Shown: piece by piece, positions 16,873 through 26,161 of the stretch
Position numbering within the stretch: position 1 is the stretch's first letter
Layout: each line of letters opens with the position of its first letter
Made by a program: the position numbers and the translations under genes
Notes under the pieces: generated by a model
Database searches by the model: none
What the model was told of the DNA's origin: nothing
Seen by the model: only the letters and a program-made list of their open reading frames with translations
Origin: an uncultured Clostridia bacterium
Lineage (GTDB): Bacteria; Acidobacteriota; Aminicenantia; UBA2199
Length of the DNA: 64,000 bases
Assembly (NCBI GenBank): GCA_964479735.1
Contig: CAYZNT010000014.1
Location: forward strand, 2,917-66,916
Direction of reading: 5' to 3'

Positions 16873-17753
16873 CGCTCGGATTCTACCCCGGTTGTTCCCT
16901 GGAGGGCTCGTCGCGCGAATACAACGAGTCGGTGCAGGCCGTTGCCGAAGCCTCCGACCTGTTGCTCGAGACCGTCCCCGACTGGAACTGCTGCGGATCG
17001 ACCGCCGCCCACAACCTGAACCGCGACCTGGCGCTCGCCCTGCCGGCGCGGATCCTGGCCCTGGCGGACCAGGCCGGCATGACGGAAATGGTGGTTCCCT
17101 GCGCCGCCTGTTACAACCGCCTGGCGGTCACCCGCCACGAGCTGCAGGAAGACGAGGTGCTGCGCGCCCGGATTTCCCGGCTGATCGACATGGAGCTGAA
17201 GCTGGGCACCGAGGTCATCAACGTGCTCCAGATGCTTGACCGGCACGTCATGCCCCGGGTGGAAGGCCGCCTGAAAGCGCCCTTCGTCCGCAAGGTGGCC
17301 TGCTACTACGGCTGCCTGCTGGTGCGTCCCCACTCGGTGCTCCGGTTCGACCGCCCCGAGGACCCGCAGAGCATGGACGACGTGGTGCGCCGCATCGGCG
17401 GAATCCCGGTCGACTGGGCGTTCAAGGTGGAGTGCTGCGGGGCCGGCCTCTCGGTTTCCAAGACCGGCATGGTGGCCAATCTCTCCGGCCGCATCCTCGA
17501 CGACGCCCGCTCCCGCGGCGCCGAAGCGCTGGTGGTGGCCTGCCCCATGTGCCACTACAACCTCGACAGCCGCCGGCCGGTGATCAACAAGGCCATGGGC
17601 ACGACGTACGACATGCCGGCCATCTACATCACCCAGGCGGTCGGCCTGGCCATGGGCATCGACCGCCGCAAGCTGGGCCTGCACCGCCACCTGGTGCCGG
17701 TGCGGCTGGAAGCCGCGCCGCCGGCCGATCGGGCCGCCGCCGGGGAGGTGTGA
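16869..17753 (+). CDS. hdrB: heterodisulfide reductase subunit B (CCG domain)
   Basis: Cysteine-rich CCG repeats (NCCGSTAAHN, CAACYN, ECCGAG, CPMCHYN). It overlaps hdrC at ATGA. Confidence 0.85.
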   Translation: MTLGFYPGCSLEGSSREYNESVQAVAEASDLLLETVPDWNCCGSTAAHNLNRDLALALPARILALADQAGMTEMVVPCAACYNRLAVTRHELQEDEVLRARISRLIDMELKLGTEVINVLQMLDRHVMPRVEGRLKAPFVRKVACYYGCLLVRPHSVLRFDRPEDPQSMDDVVRRIGGIPVDWAFKVECCGAGLSVSKTGMVANLSGRILDDARSRGAEALVVACPMCHYNLDSRRPVINKAMGTTYDMPAIYITQAVGLAMGIDRRKLGLHRHLVPVRLEAAPPADRAAAGEV

Positions 17754-17755
17754 AC

Positions 17756-19768
17756 ATGGCCCGCATCGGAGTCTTCATCTGCCACTGCGGCGAGAACATC
17801 GGCGCCACCGTCGACTGCGCCCGGGTCGCCGAGGCCTGCGCCGGGATCCCCGGCGTGGCCCACGCCGTCGACTACAAGTACATGTGCTCGGACCCGGGCC
17901 AGACCATGATCAAGGAGGCCATCCGCAGCAAGAACCTGACCGGCGTGGTCGTGGGCGCCTGCTCGCCCCGCATGCACGAGCCGACCTTCCGCCGCGCCGC
18001 CGCCGAGGCCGGCCTCAACCCGTTCCTGGTCGAAATGGCCAACCTGCGCGAGCACTGCTCCTGGGTGCACGAGAAGGGGGAGGCCACCACCGCCAAGGCC
18101 ATCGACCTGGTGCGCATCCTCATCGAGAAGGTGAAGCGCAACAAGCCGCTCTACCCGATCAAGGTGCCGGTCACCAAGACGGCCCTGGTCGTCGGCGGGG
18201 GCATCGCCGGCATCCAGGCGGCCCTGGACATCGCCAACGCCGGCCACCGGGTGATCATGGTCGAGCGCGAACCGTCCATCGGCGGCCACATGTCGCAGCT
18301 TTCCGAGACCTTTCCCACCCTGGACTGCTCCCAGTGCATCCTGACCCCGCGCATGGTCGAGGTGGCCCAGCACCCCAACATCACCCTGCACACCTACAGC
18401 GAGGTGGAAAGCCTCGACGGTTTCATCGGAAACTTCAAGGTGAAGATCCGCAAGAAGGGGCGCAGCATCGACGAAAAGGCCTGCACCGGGTGCGGCCTGT
18501 GCACCCAGAAGTGCCCCAACCGCAAGATCCCCAACGCCTTCGACGCCGGCCTGGGCATGCGCCCGGCCATCTACGTGCCGTTCCCGCAGGCGGTTCCCAA
18601 CAAGCCGGTGATCGACCGCGAGCACTGCACCTACTACACCAAGGGCAAGTGCCGGCTGTGCGAGAAGGTCTGCCCCACCAAGGCCATCCGCTTCGACCAG
18701 CCGGACCAGATCGTCGAGGCCGATGTCGGCGCGCTGGTCCTGGCCACCGGCTTCGACGTCAAGCACGCCGACTTCTTCCCCGAGTACGGCCACGGCCGGC
18801 ACCAGGACATCATCGACGGGCTGCAGTTCGAGCGGCTGGCCTCCGCCTCCGGCCCCACCCTGGGCGCGATGAAGCGGCCGTCCGACGGCAAGACGCCGGA
18901 GACGGTGGTCTTCGTGGCCTGCGCCGGTTCGCGCGACCCGGCCAAGGGCATCGACTACTGCTCCAAGATCTGCTGCATGTACACCGCCAAGCACGCCATG
19001 CTCTACCGCCACAAGGTGCACCACGGCCGGGCGGTGGTGTTCTACATGGACATCCGGGCCGGGGGCAAGATGTACGAGGAGTTCGTGCGCCGGGCCATCG
19101 AGGAGGACGGGGTCGAGTACGTGCGCGGCCGCGTGTCGCGCATCTACGAGCGCGACGGCAAGCTGATGGTCAAGGGCGCCGACACCCTGCTCGGCGCGCA
19201 TCCGGTGGAGATCGCCGCCGACATGGTGGTGCTGGCCTCCGCCGGCGTGTCCAACCCGGGCGCCGAGGAGCTGGCCCAGAAGCTGCACGTCTCCTACGAC
19301 GCCTACAAGTTCTTCGCCGAGGCCCACCCCAAGCTGCGGCCGGTGGAGACCAACACCGCCGGCATCTTCCTGGCCGGCGCCTGCCAGGCCCCCAAGGACA
19401 TCCCGGAATCGGTGGCCCAGGCCTCCGGGGCGGCGGCCAAGGTGGCCGCGCTCTTCTCCCAGGACGAGCTGACGCGAGAGCCGCAGATCGCGGTGGTCAA
19501 CCGCAGCGCGCCGCCGCTCTACTCCACCTGCGTGGGGTGCTTCCTGTGCCAGCCGGCCTGCCCCTACCAGGCCATCGAGCGGGAGGAGATCCGGGACCGC
19601 AGCGGCAAGCGGATCAAGACCGTGGCCCGGATCAACGAGGGCCTGTGCCAGGGCTGCGGCACCTGCGTCGCCCTGTGCCGCTCCAAGTCCATCGACATCC
19701 AGGGCTACAGCCACGAACAGGTCTACGCCGAGGTGATGAGCGTGCTGCAAGGGAGTGAATCCGAATGA
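17756..19768 (+). CDS. hdrA: heterodisulfide reductase subunit A (FAD, Fe-S)
   Basis: An N-terminal Cys cluster (IGVFICHCGENIGATVDC), the FAD motif VVGGGIAGIQAA, and several CxxCxxCxxxCP ferredoxin motifs. ~670 aa. Confidence 0.85.
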   Translation: MARIGVFICHCGENIGATVDCARVAEACAGIPGVAHAVDYKYMCSDPGQTMIKEAIRSKNLTGVVVGACSPRMHEPTFRRAAAEAGLNPFLVEMANLREHCSWVHEKGEATTAKAIDLVRILIEKVKRNKPLYPIKVPVTKTALVVGGGIAGIQAALDIANAGHRVIMVEREPSIGGHMSQLSETFPTLDCSQCILTPRMVEVAQHPNITLHTYSEVESLDGFIGNFKVKIRKKGRSIDEKACTGCGLCTQKCPNRKIPNAFDAGLGMRPAIYVPFPQAVPNKPVIDREHCTYYTKGKCRLCEKVCPTKAIRFDQPDQIVEADVGALVLATGFDVKHADFFPEYGHGRHQDIIDGLQFERLASASGPTLGAMKRPSDGKTPETVVFVACAGSRDPAKGIDYCSKICCMYTAKHAMLYRHKVHHGRAVVFYMDIRAGGKMYEEFVRRAIEEDGVEYVRGRVSRIYERDGKLMVKGADTLLGAHPVEIAADMVVLASAGVSNPGAEELAQKLHVSYDAYKFFAEAHPKLRPVETNTAGIFLAGACQAPKDIPESVAQASGAAAKVAALFSQDELTREPQIAVVNRSAPPLYSTCVGCFLCQPACPYQAIEREEIRDRSGKRIKTVARINEGLCQGCGTCVALCRSKSIDIQGYSHEQVYAEVMSVLQGSESE

Positions 19769-20199
19769 GCGCCTTCGAACCCAAGATCGTCGCCTTCGTC
19801 TGCAACTGGTGCACCTACGCCGGGGCCGACCTGACCGGCACCAGCCGCATCAAGTACGCGCCCAACGTCAAGATCATCCGTTTCCCCTGCACCGGGCGCA
19901 TCGACTTCATGCTGCTGCTCAAGGCCTTCGCCCAGGGGGCGGACGGCATCATCGTCTCCGGCTGCCATCCCAACGACTGCCACTACACCTCGGGAAACTT
20001 CCACGCCCGCCGCCGCTGGATGGCCTTCCGCTCGCTGCTGGACTTCATGGGCATCGACGTGCGCCGGGTGGTCTTCTCGTGGGTGTCGGCCGCCGAGGGC
20101 GCGAAGTGGGCCGAGCTGGTCAACGCCAGCGTCGAGGCGGTCCGCAAGCTGGGCCCCTTCGAGAGCTACCAGCGCCTGCGCCGCGCCGGCATCGCCTAG
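19765..20199 (+). CDS. MvhD/FlxD-like hydrogenase iron-sulfur delta subunit
   Basis: FVCNWCTYAGADLTG...CTGRID...SGCHPNDCHY, 144 aa. It overlaps hdrA by 4 nt. Confidence 0.8.
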   Translation: MSAFEPKIVAFVCNWCTYAGADLTGTSRIKYAPNVKIIRFPCTGRIDFMLLLKAFAQGADGIIVSGCHPNDCHYTSGNFHARRRWMAFRSLLDFMGIDVRRVVFSWVSAAEGAKWAELVNASVEAVRKLGPFESYQRLRRAGIA

Positions 20200-20211
20200 G
20201 AGGAGGACGCC

Positions 20212-21015
20212 GTGGACGAACTGAGACAGAGAGCCAACCAACTGCTGGCCAGCGGCCAGGTGAAGGTGGTCATCGGCTACGCCGCCGGATCCGCCGGCAG
20301 GGCGCGGCCGGTCTTCATCGCCGACCCCACCGCCACCGGCCAGCTGATCTTCGACGATCGCTGCAAGAACAACCTGGCCGTCTACCTGCCGCGCCCGGAG
20401 GTCCGGCGGATGGGGCGGGCCGCCCTGGTGGCCTCGCTGAGCGGCATGCGCGCCGTGCTGCAACTGGCCGCCGAAGCCCAGCTGAGCGACACCGACCTGC
20501 TGGTGCTGGGGATATCCGCCGACGGCCGGCTGCTCGACCTGCCCGACCTGGCCGCCGTCGAGGCCCAGGTCAACGCCGTTCCGCTCGGGTTGAGCGAGAC
20601 CGAGGCGGCCGAACTGGACCGTCTAGGCGCCCTGCCCCCGGAGGGGCGATTCCGGTACTGGCAGGAGCAGCTGGGGCGCTGCATGAAGTGCTACGCCTGC
20701 CGCCAGGCCTGTCCGCTCTGCTACTGCACGCGCTGCACCGTCGACCTCAACCAGCCGCAGTGGATTCCGGTGCCGGCCCACGACCTGGGCAACCTGGAGT
20801 GGCACGTGATGCGCGCCATGCACCTGGCCGGGCGCTGCGTCAACTGCGGCGAGTGCGCCCGCGCCTGCCCCGCCGGCATCCCCCTGAACGTGCTCAACCA
20901 CGTGCTGGCCGAGCAGATCTTCGGCGATTTCGGGTTGCGCGCCGGCACGCGGATGAAGCCGGAGTACGCCTTGTCGACCTTCAAGCCCGACGACAAAGAG
21001 AGCTTCATCAGGTGA
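20212..21015 (+). CDS. 4Fe-4S dicluster protein (FlxC-like)
   Basis: CMKCYACRQACPLCYC and CVNCGECARACP motifs. Confidence 0.6.
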   Translation: MDELRQRANQLLASGQVKVVIGYAAGSAGRARPVFIADPTATGQLIFDDRCKNNLAVYLPRPEVRRMGRAALVASLSGMRAVLQLAAEAQLSDTDLLVLGISADGRLLDLPDLAAVEAQVNAVPLGLSETEAAELDRLGALPPEGRFRYWQEQLGRCMKCYACRQACPLCYCTRCTVDLNQPQWIPVPAHDLGNLEWHVMRAMHLAGRCVNCGECARACPAGIPLNVLNHVLAEQIFGDFGLRAGTRMKPEYALSTFKPDDKESFIR

Positions 21016-21019
21016 GACG

Positions 21020-22039
21020 ATGAACATCGAACGGAAACTGCTGAAGAAGGGATCGCTGGACAGGCTGCTGGAGACGCTGCGGCAGTCCGGATTCAGGACC
21101 TACGGTCCGGTGCAGGCCGACGAGCGCGTGGATTTCATGCCGCTCGAGACCGCCGGACCGCTGCAGCTCGACTACCTGCAGACGGCGCAGTCGGCCAAGT
21201 TCGCCGTCTTCCCCCGGGTGGAGGAGCTGCTGCGCTACCGCACGACCGAAAACGGGTTGCAGGTGGAGGCGCGCGACCTCTCCGCCCTGCCCGAGGTCGC
21301 GCTGGTCGGCCTGCACCCCTGCGACGCCGCCGCCATCGCCTCGCTGCGGGCGATCTTCACCTGGGACTATCCCGACGCCCCGTTCCAGGCGAGGCTGGAA
21401 AAGCTGACCGTCATCGGCCTGGCCTGCACCCGGGCCGACGAGCACTGCTTCTGCTCCTCGGTCGGCGGGGGTCCGGGCGACCTGCGCGGCTCCGACATCC
21501 AGTTGACGCCGCTGGCCGACGGCGACTTCCTGGCCGAGATCGTGACCGACCGCGGCCGGCGCATCGTCGCCCTCGCGCCCGGGCTGTTCGACGACGCCCC
21601 CCCGGTGGCCAAGGAGGAACGCCTGGCCACGGTCGCACCGGCGTTCCAGGCCGAAGCGCTGCGCGCCAAACTCAACGAACGCTTCGACGACGAGGATCTC
21701 TGGCGAAGCCAGGCGCTGCGCTGCCTCGGCTGCGGCGCCTGCGCGTTCGTCTGCCCGACCTGCGCCTGCTTCGACATCCAGGACGAGGGCAGCCGCCAGG
21801 CCGGCCAGCGGCTGCGCTGCTGGGACTCGTGCGGGCTCGCCCTGTTCACCCTGCACACCTCCGGCCACAACCCGCGCCCCGAGCAGGCCGCCCGGTGGCG
21901 GCAGCGGCTCATGCACAAGTTCTCCTACATGCCGGAGCGCCAGCAGGTGCTCGGCTGCGTGGGCTGCGGGCGCTGCTCGCGCGCCTGCCCCGCCGACATG
22001 GAGATCCGCGAGCACGTCCTGGCCGTGCTGGAGGCCTGA
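21020..22039 (+). CDS. iron-sulfur protein (FlxB / AsrA-like)
   Basis: CLGCGACAFVCPTCAC and CVGCGRCSRACP motifs, resembling sulfite reductase A-subunit-like Fe-S proteins. Confidence 0.6.
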   Translation: MNIERKLLKKGSLDRLLETLRQSGFRTYGPVQADERVDFMPLETAGPLQLDYLQTAQSAKFAVFPRVEELLRYRTTENGLQVEARDLSALPEVALVGLHPCDAAAIASLRAIFTWDYPDAPFQARLEKLTVIGLACTRADEHCFCSSVGGGPGDLRGSDIQLTPLADGDFLAEIVTDRGRRIVALAPGLFDDAPPVAKEERLATVAPAFQAEALRAKLNERFDDEDLWRSQALRCLGCGACAFVCPTCACFDIQDEGSRQAGQRLRCWDSCGLALFTLHTSGHNPRPEQAARWRQRLMHKFSYMPERQQVLGCVGCGRCSRACPADMEIREHVLAVLEA

Positions 22040-22040
22040 A

Positions 22041-22880
22041 ATGAGCGACGCCAACGTCTACCTGCCAACCCTCATGCGCATCGAAAAGATCACCGACGAG
22101 GCGCCGGGGGTCAAGACCTTCCGCCTGGCCTTCGTCAACGAAGAGGCGGGCCGGGCCTTCACCTTCCGCGCGGGACAGTTCGCCGAGTACTCGGTGATGG
22201 GCGAGGGGGAGTGCACCTTCTGCATCGCCTCGTCGCCCACCCGCAAGGGGTACGTGGAGTGCACCTTCCGCCAGGCGGGGCGGGTGACCAACGCCCTGGC
22301 CGGCCTGGAGGAGGGAGAGACCATCGGCTTCCGGGGCCCCTACGGCAACGTCTTCCCGATCGAGGAGTGGAAGGGGAAGAACCTGCTGTTCATCGCCGGC
22401 GGCATCGCCCTGCCGCCGATGCGCTGCGTCATCTGGAACTGCCTGGACCAGCGCGACTGGTTCCGGGACGTCACCATCCTCTACGGGGCGCGCACGGTGG
22501 CCGACCTAGTCTACAAGCACGAGCTGAAGGAGTGGGGCGAGCGGCCCGACGTCCGGCTGGTCACCACCGTCGACCCCGGCGGCGAGACCCCCGACTGGAA
22601 GGGAGAGATCGGCTTCGTGCCGGCCGTGCTGGACAAGATGGCGCCGGCGGCGGCCGATACCGTGGCCATCGTCTGTGGCCCGCCCATCATGATCAAGTTC
22701 ACCTTCCCGGTGCTGACCCGGCTCGGCTTCGCCCCGGAAGAGATCTACACCACCCTGGAGAACCGCATGAAGTGCGGCATCGGCAAGTGCGGCCGCTGCA
22801 ACGTGGGCACGTACTTCGTCTGCAAGGACGGGCCGGTATTCACCTTCGCCCAGATCCAGCAGCTGCCTCCGGAGTACTGA
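22041..22880 (+). CDS. FAD/NAD(P)-binding oxidoreductase with a C-terminal 2Fe-2S cluster (FlxA / AsrB-like)
   Basis: FNR-like FAD and NAD domains (RAGQFAEY, LLFIAGGIALPPM) and the C-terminal motif CGIGKCGRC. Confidence 0.7.
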   Translation: MSDANVYLPTLMRIEKITDEAPGVKTFRLAFVNEEAGRAFTFRAGQFAEYSVMGEGECTFCIASSPTRKGYVECTFRQAGRVTNALAGLEEGETIGFRGPYGNVFPIEEWKGKNLLFIAGGIALPPMRCVIWNCLDQRDWFRDVTILYGARTVADLVYKHELKEWGERPDVRLVTTVDPGGETPDWKGEIGFVPAVLDKMAPAAADTVAIVCGPPIMIKFTFPVLTRLGFAPEEIYTTLENRMKCGIGKCGRCNVGTYFVCKDGPVFTFAQIQQLPPEY

Positions 22881-22928
22881 GGGCCGGTCGCCGGGGCAGG
22901 AGATGGCCGAGCCAAAGGAGAAAGGACG

Positions 22929-24296
22929 ATGAAACCCGCGCTGGCCCTGCGCCGCTTCGCCGCCCGCCGGATGACCCCGGCCCGCGTCTTCGTCCTCTCC
23001 TTCCTGCTGGTCATCCTGGCCGGCGCCCTGCTGCTGGCGATGCCCGCAGCGGCCCGCCGGCCCCTCTCCTTCGTGGACGCCCTCTTCACCTCCGCTTCCG
23101 CGGTCTGCGTCACCGGCCTCGCGGTGGTCGACATCGGCCGCGACCTCACGTCCGCCGGACAGATCGTCACCCTGCTGCTGTTCCAGATCGGCGGGCTGGG
23201 CATCATCACTTTCTCGCTGGTCCTGTTCGGGTTGATGGGACGCAGCCTCTCCTTCCGCGGCCGCGAGCTCCTGCAGAGCACGTTCCTGCACACTCCGCGA
23301 CGCGACTTCTTCCGGGTCCTGCGCTTCGTGGTCGCCGGCACCTTCGTCATCGAAAGTGCGGGCACGCTGCTGCTGTTTCTGCGTTTCCTGCGCGATTTTC
23401 CGCCCGGGCGGGCCTTCTACCAGGCCGTCTACCACGCCGTCTCAGCCTTCAACAACTGCGGGTATTCGCTGTTCTCCAACAGCCTGATGGGGTACCGGGA
23501 CGACTGGCTGGTCAACCTGACGGTCTGCAGCCTGATCCTCCTCGGCGGACTGGGATTCATCGTCATGTACGAGCTGCTCAACCGCTGGCGCGGGCGGCGG
23601 AAGCGCCTGTCTCTGCACACCAAGGTGGTGCTGCTGACCACCGGCGCCCTGGTCATCGGCGGGGCCGGGCTGTTCTACTTCTTCGAGGCGGGCAACGCCC
23701 TGAAGGAAGCGGGCGCCGGCGGCCGGTTCCTGGCATCGCTGTTCCAGTCGGTCACGCCCCGCACCTGCGGCTTCAACACCGTGGACATCGCGTCCCTGAC
23801 CAACGCCACCCTGTTGCTGATGATGGTGCTCATGTTCATCGGAGCCTCGCCCGGCTCGACCGGCGGCGGTGTCAAGACCTCGAGTTTCGCCCTGCTGCTG
23901 CTGATGATCTTCAACCGCATCCGCGGCCGCGAGGACGTCACCATCTTCAACCGCACCGTGCCGGCGGAGATCCTCGGGCGAACCATCGCCATCGTGCTCG
24001 CCTCGGCCATCTCGGTGCTGGTCATCGCCTCGCTGCTGCTGCTGGCCGCCGGAGACGCCGGCGGCCCGCCGCAGGCCAGTCGGCACCTGTTCGTGGAGTA
24101 CGTGTTCGAAACGATTTCGGCCTTCGGCACCGTGGGGCTGTCGATGGGCATCACCCCGGGGCTGAACGACATCCAGAAGCTGGCCATCGCCCTGCTGATG
24201 TTCGTCGGCCGGGTCGGGCCGCTGACGCTGGCCTTCGCGTGGTCGGCGTCGAGGCGTGGCCTGGTGTACGCGGAGGAAGCCGTGATGGTCGGGTAG
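22929..24296 (+). CDS. trkH: TrkH/KtrB family potassium uptake permease
   Basis: Repeated M-P-M pore motifs with GLGIITFSL and GGGVKTSS selectivity-filter glycines, 455 aa. Confidence 0.85.
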   Translation: MKPALALRRFAARRMTPARVFVLSFLLVILAGALLLAMPAAARRPLSFVDALFTSASAVCVTGLAVVDIGRDLTSAGQIVTLLLFQIGGLGIITFSLVLFGLMGRSLSFRGRELLQSTFLHTPRRDFFRVLRFVVAGTFVIESAGTLLLFLRFLRDFPPGRAFYQAVYHAVSAFNNCGYSLFSNSLMGYRDDWLVNLTVCSLILLGGLGFIVMYELLNRWRGRRKRLSLHTKVVLLTTGALVIGGAGLFYFFEAGNALKEAGAGGRFLASLFQSVTPRTCGFNTVDIASLTNATLLLMMVLMFIGASPGSTGGGVKTSSFALLLLMIFNRIRGREDVTIFNRTVPAEILGRTIAIVLASAISVLVIASLLLLAAGDAGGPPQASRHLFVEYVFETISAFGTVGLSMGITPGLNDIQKLAIALLMFVGRVGPLTLAFAWSASRRGLVYAEEAVMVG

Positions 24297-24305
24297 GGGG
24301 ACGGA

Positions 24306-24953
24306 ATGAAACGCTGCATCGTCATCGGTCTGGGGATCTTCGGCAACAACATCGTGCGCGAGCTGGCCGACAAGGGCTTCGAGGTGATCGCCATCGACAA
24401 GGGCAAGGAAGCGGTGCAGCGGGTGCGCGACCTGGCCACCAAGGCGATCGTCGCCGACGGCACCGACAAGGCGGTCATGGAGCAGATCGGCGTCCACGAG
24501 GACGACACGGTCATCATCTCCTTCGGCGAGGACCTCGCCGCCGCCACCCTGATCACCCTGCACCTCAAGCAGCTGCGGGTCAAGACCATCATCGTCAAGG
24601 CGCCCAACGAGGAGCACAAGATGATCCTGGAAAAGGTCGGCGCCACCGACGTGATCATCCCCGAGAAGGAGATCGCCAACAAGGTGGCGCGCTCGCTGAT
24701 CTCGCCCAACGTCTTCGACTACCTGCCCCTGTCCGACGACTACATGATCTACGAGATGGCGCCCCCCGAGAGCTTCCTGGGAAAGACCATGGCCGACCTG
24801 CAGCTCCGTTCCCGGTACAACGTCATGGTCATCGCCGTCAAGGACCTGCTCACCGACCGGGTCTTCACCCTGCCCCCGGCCAACTTCATCGTCAAGGACG
24901 GCCAGGTGCTGGTGCTGGTCGGGAGGGAGGCGGACATCGAGAAGATGCGCTGA
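24306..24953 (+). CDS. trkA: TrkA/KtrA potassium uptake regulatory protein (RCK N and C domains)
   Basis: The Rossmann motif GLGIFGNNIVREL and an RCK_C domain, 215 aa. Confidence 0.85.
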   Translation: MKRCIVIGLGIFGNNIVRELADKGFEVIAIDKGKEAVQRVRDLATKAIVADGTDKAVMEQIGVHEDDTVIISFGEDLAAATLITLHLKQLRVKTIIVKAPNEEHKMILEKVGATDVIIPEKEIANKVARSLISPNVFDYLPLSDDYMIYEMAPPESFLGKTMADLQLRSRYNVMVIAVKDLLTDRVFTLPPANFIVKDGQVLVLVGREADIEKMR

Positions 24954-25020
24954 TGCCGGCTCCGCCGGGGCTGGTCAAGCCGCCCGTTTTGCGGTACAAT
25001 ATTCCCAGTACAGGTACCCG

Positions 25021-25485
25021 ATGCGCTTATCCGACTATCTCGACCATCATTCGATATTGCTCGATTTGGCGGCCCGGAACAAGGCCGACGCGCTCTCCCT
25101 GATCGTCGACCGGCTGGCCGACCACCGGCTGGTCGACGACCGCGAGGAGTTCCTGGCCGACGTCAACAAGCGCGAGGGGCAGGGCAGCACCGCGATCGGA
25201 CGCGGCATGGCCATTCCCCACGCCCGTTCCCGGACCCTGCAGCGGATCGTCGTGGCCATGGCCCGGCTGGGCCAGGGCATCGACTTCGGCGCCGAGGACG
25301 GCGAGCCCGTGCAGCTCATCTTCCTCCTTGGCACTCCGGGCGACAAGGCCGGCGAATACCTGAAGGTGCTGGCCCGTCTCTCCAAGCTGCTCAAGGAGAA
25401 CGGGCTTCGCAAGGACCTGCTCCGCGCCGCTTCTCCAGCCGATGTTCTGGAGATCCTGGAAAAAGCCGAAAACCGCCTGCCCTGA
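25021..25485 (+). CDS. ptsN: PTS EIIA(Ntr)-type protein (PtsN-like)
   Basis: GIGRGMAIPHAR active-site histidine region, 154 aa. Confidence 0.7.
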   Translation: MRLSDYLDHHSILLDLAARNKADALSLIVDRLADHRLVDDREEFLADVNKREGQGSTAIGRGMAIPHARSRTLQRIVVAMARLGQGIDFGAEDGEPVQLIFLLGTPGDKAGEYLKVLARLSKLLKENGLRKDLLRAASPADVLEILEKAENRLP

Positions 25486-25913
25486 GCCCTCCCGCTCGGG
25501 AAGATCGATTCGATCAAGAACCTGGTCATCGGCAAGGCCCGCGATCCCCAGGCCCCCCCGTGTTCCACTAGCGCTCCCTGGCCGCCTTCCTGGCCTGGGT
25601 GGGGTTGGGCGCCGACGGCATCTCCTCCTCCTGAAGCGGTCCTCACGGGACCTTCCTGGCCCTGAAGGGCCATTTCTACCTGGGGGCGGTGCTGGCCCTG
25701 CTCACCGCCGTCTCCGTCTTCGTGATCAGCATCTCCGAAGTGGAGGAGAGGTTTCCCGACAACGTGCTCTGCGCCGGCCAGCGGGTCTTTCCCCGGAAGG
25801 GGCCCTTCACCCGAATTCTCCATGACTGCGCCGCCTTGTCTGTCCAGAAGCGGCTTTATTACGAGGGAATTCCGGACGTCATCCTGCCCATTCGGGTCTG
25901 AAGAATAAAAAAA

Positions 25914-25972
25914 TTGACAAGTGAAACGAACTGATGTATATTAGCGTACATAGAGTGACTGCCGGTCAGTCA
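25914..25972 (+). promoter_or_regulatory. consensus sigma70 promoter plus inverted-repeat operator upstream of the TetR-efflux operon
   Basis: TTGACA (25914-25919), 17-nt spacer, TATATT (25937-25942). Immediately downstream is the palindrome TGACTG-ccggt-CAGTCA (25956-25972). It sits in a locally A/T-rich island. Confidence 0.55.
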
Positions 25973-26161
25973 TAAACCGGGGAGCGGTCGTTGTGATTTT
26001 TTCCGCTTACCGGTTTGGTTGCGGTTCTCACCGGAATTTGCCTGGTGTTTGCCGAAAAGAGCGTGCGCGGAATCTGCCGCCCCTGGTAGACTGGGCGTGA
26101 CGGAGGTCGCAAGGAGGAACATGGCCGAAGGGAACGGATATTCGCTTCAGGAGCAGGAATC

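Noticed and set aside
12943-19750. Several long ORFs (12943..14493-, 14318..16045-, 16713..17690-, 17624..19750-, 17884..19758+)
   Set aside because: All overlap well-supported ackA, ygiQ and hdrCBA genes in other frames or strands. The real genes show conserved catalytic motifs; these are arginine- and glycine-rich GC artefacts.
19765-20199. Selenocysteine-containing MvhD/HdrA
   Set aside because: There are no in-frame TGA codons within hdrA or the mvhD-like gene. Cysteine codons occupy the positions where Sec occurs in some homologs.
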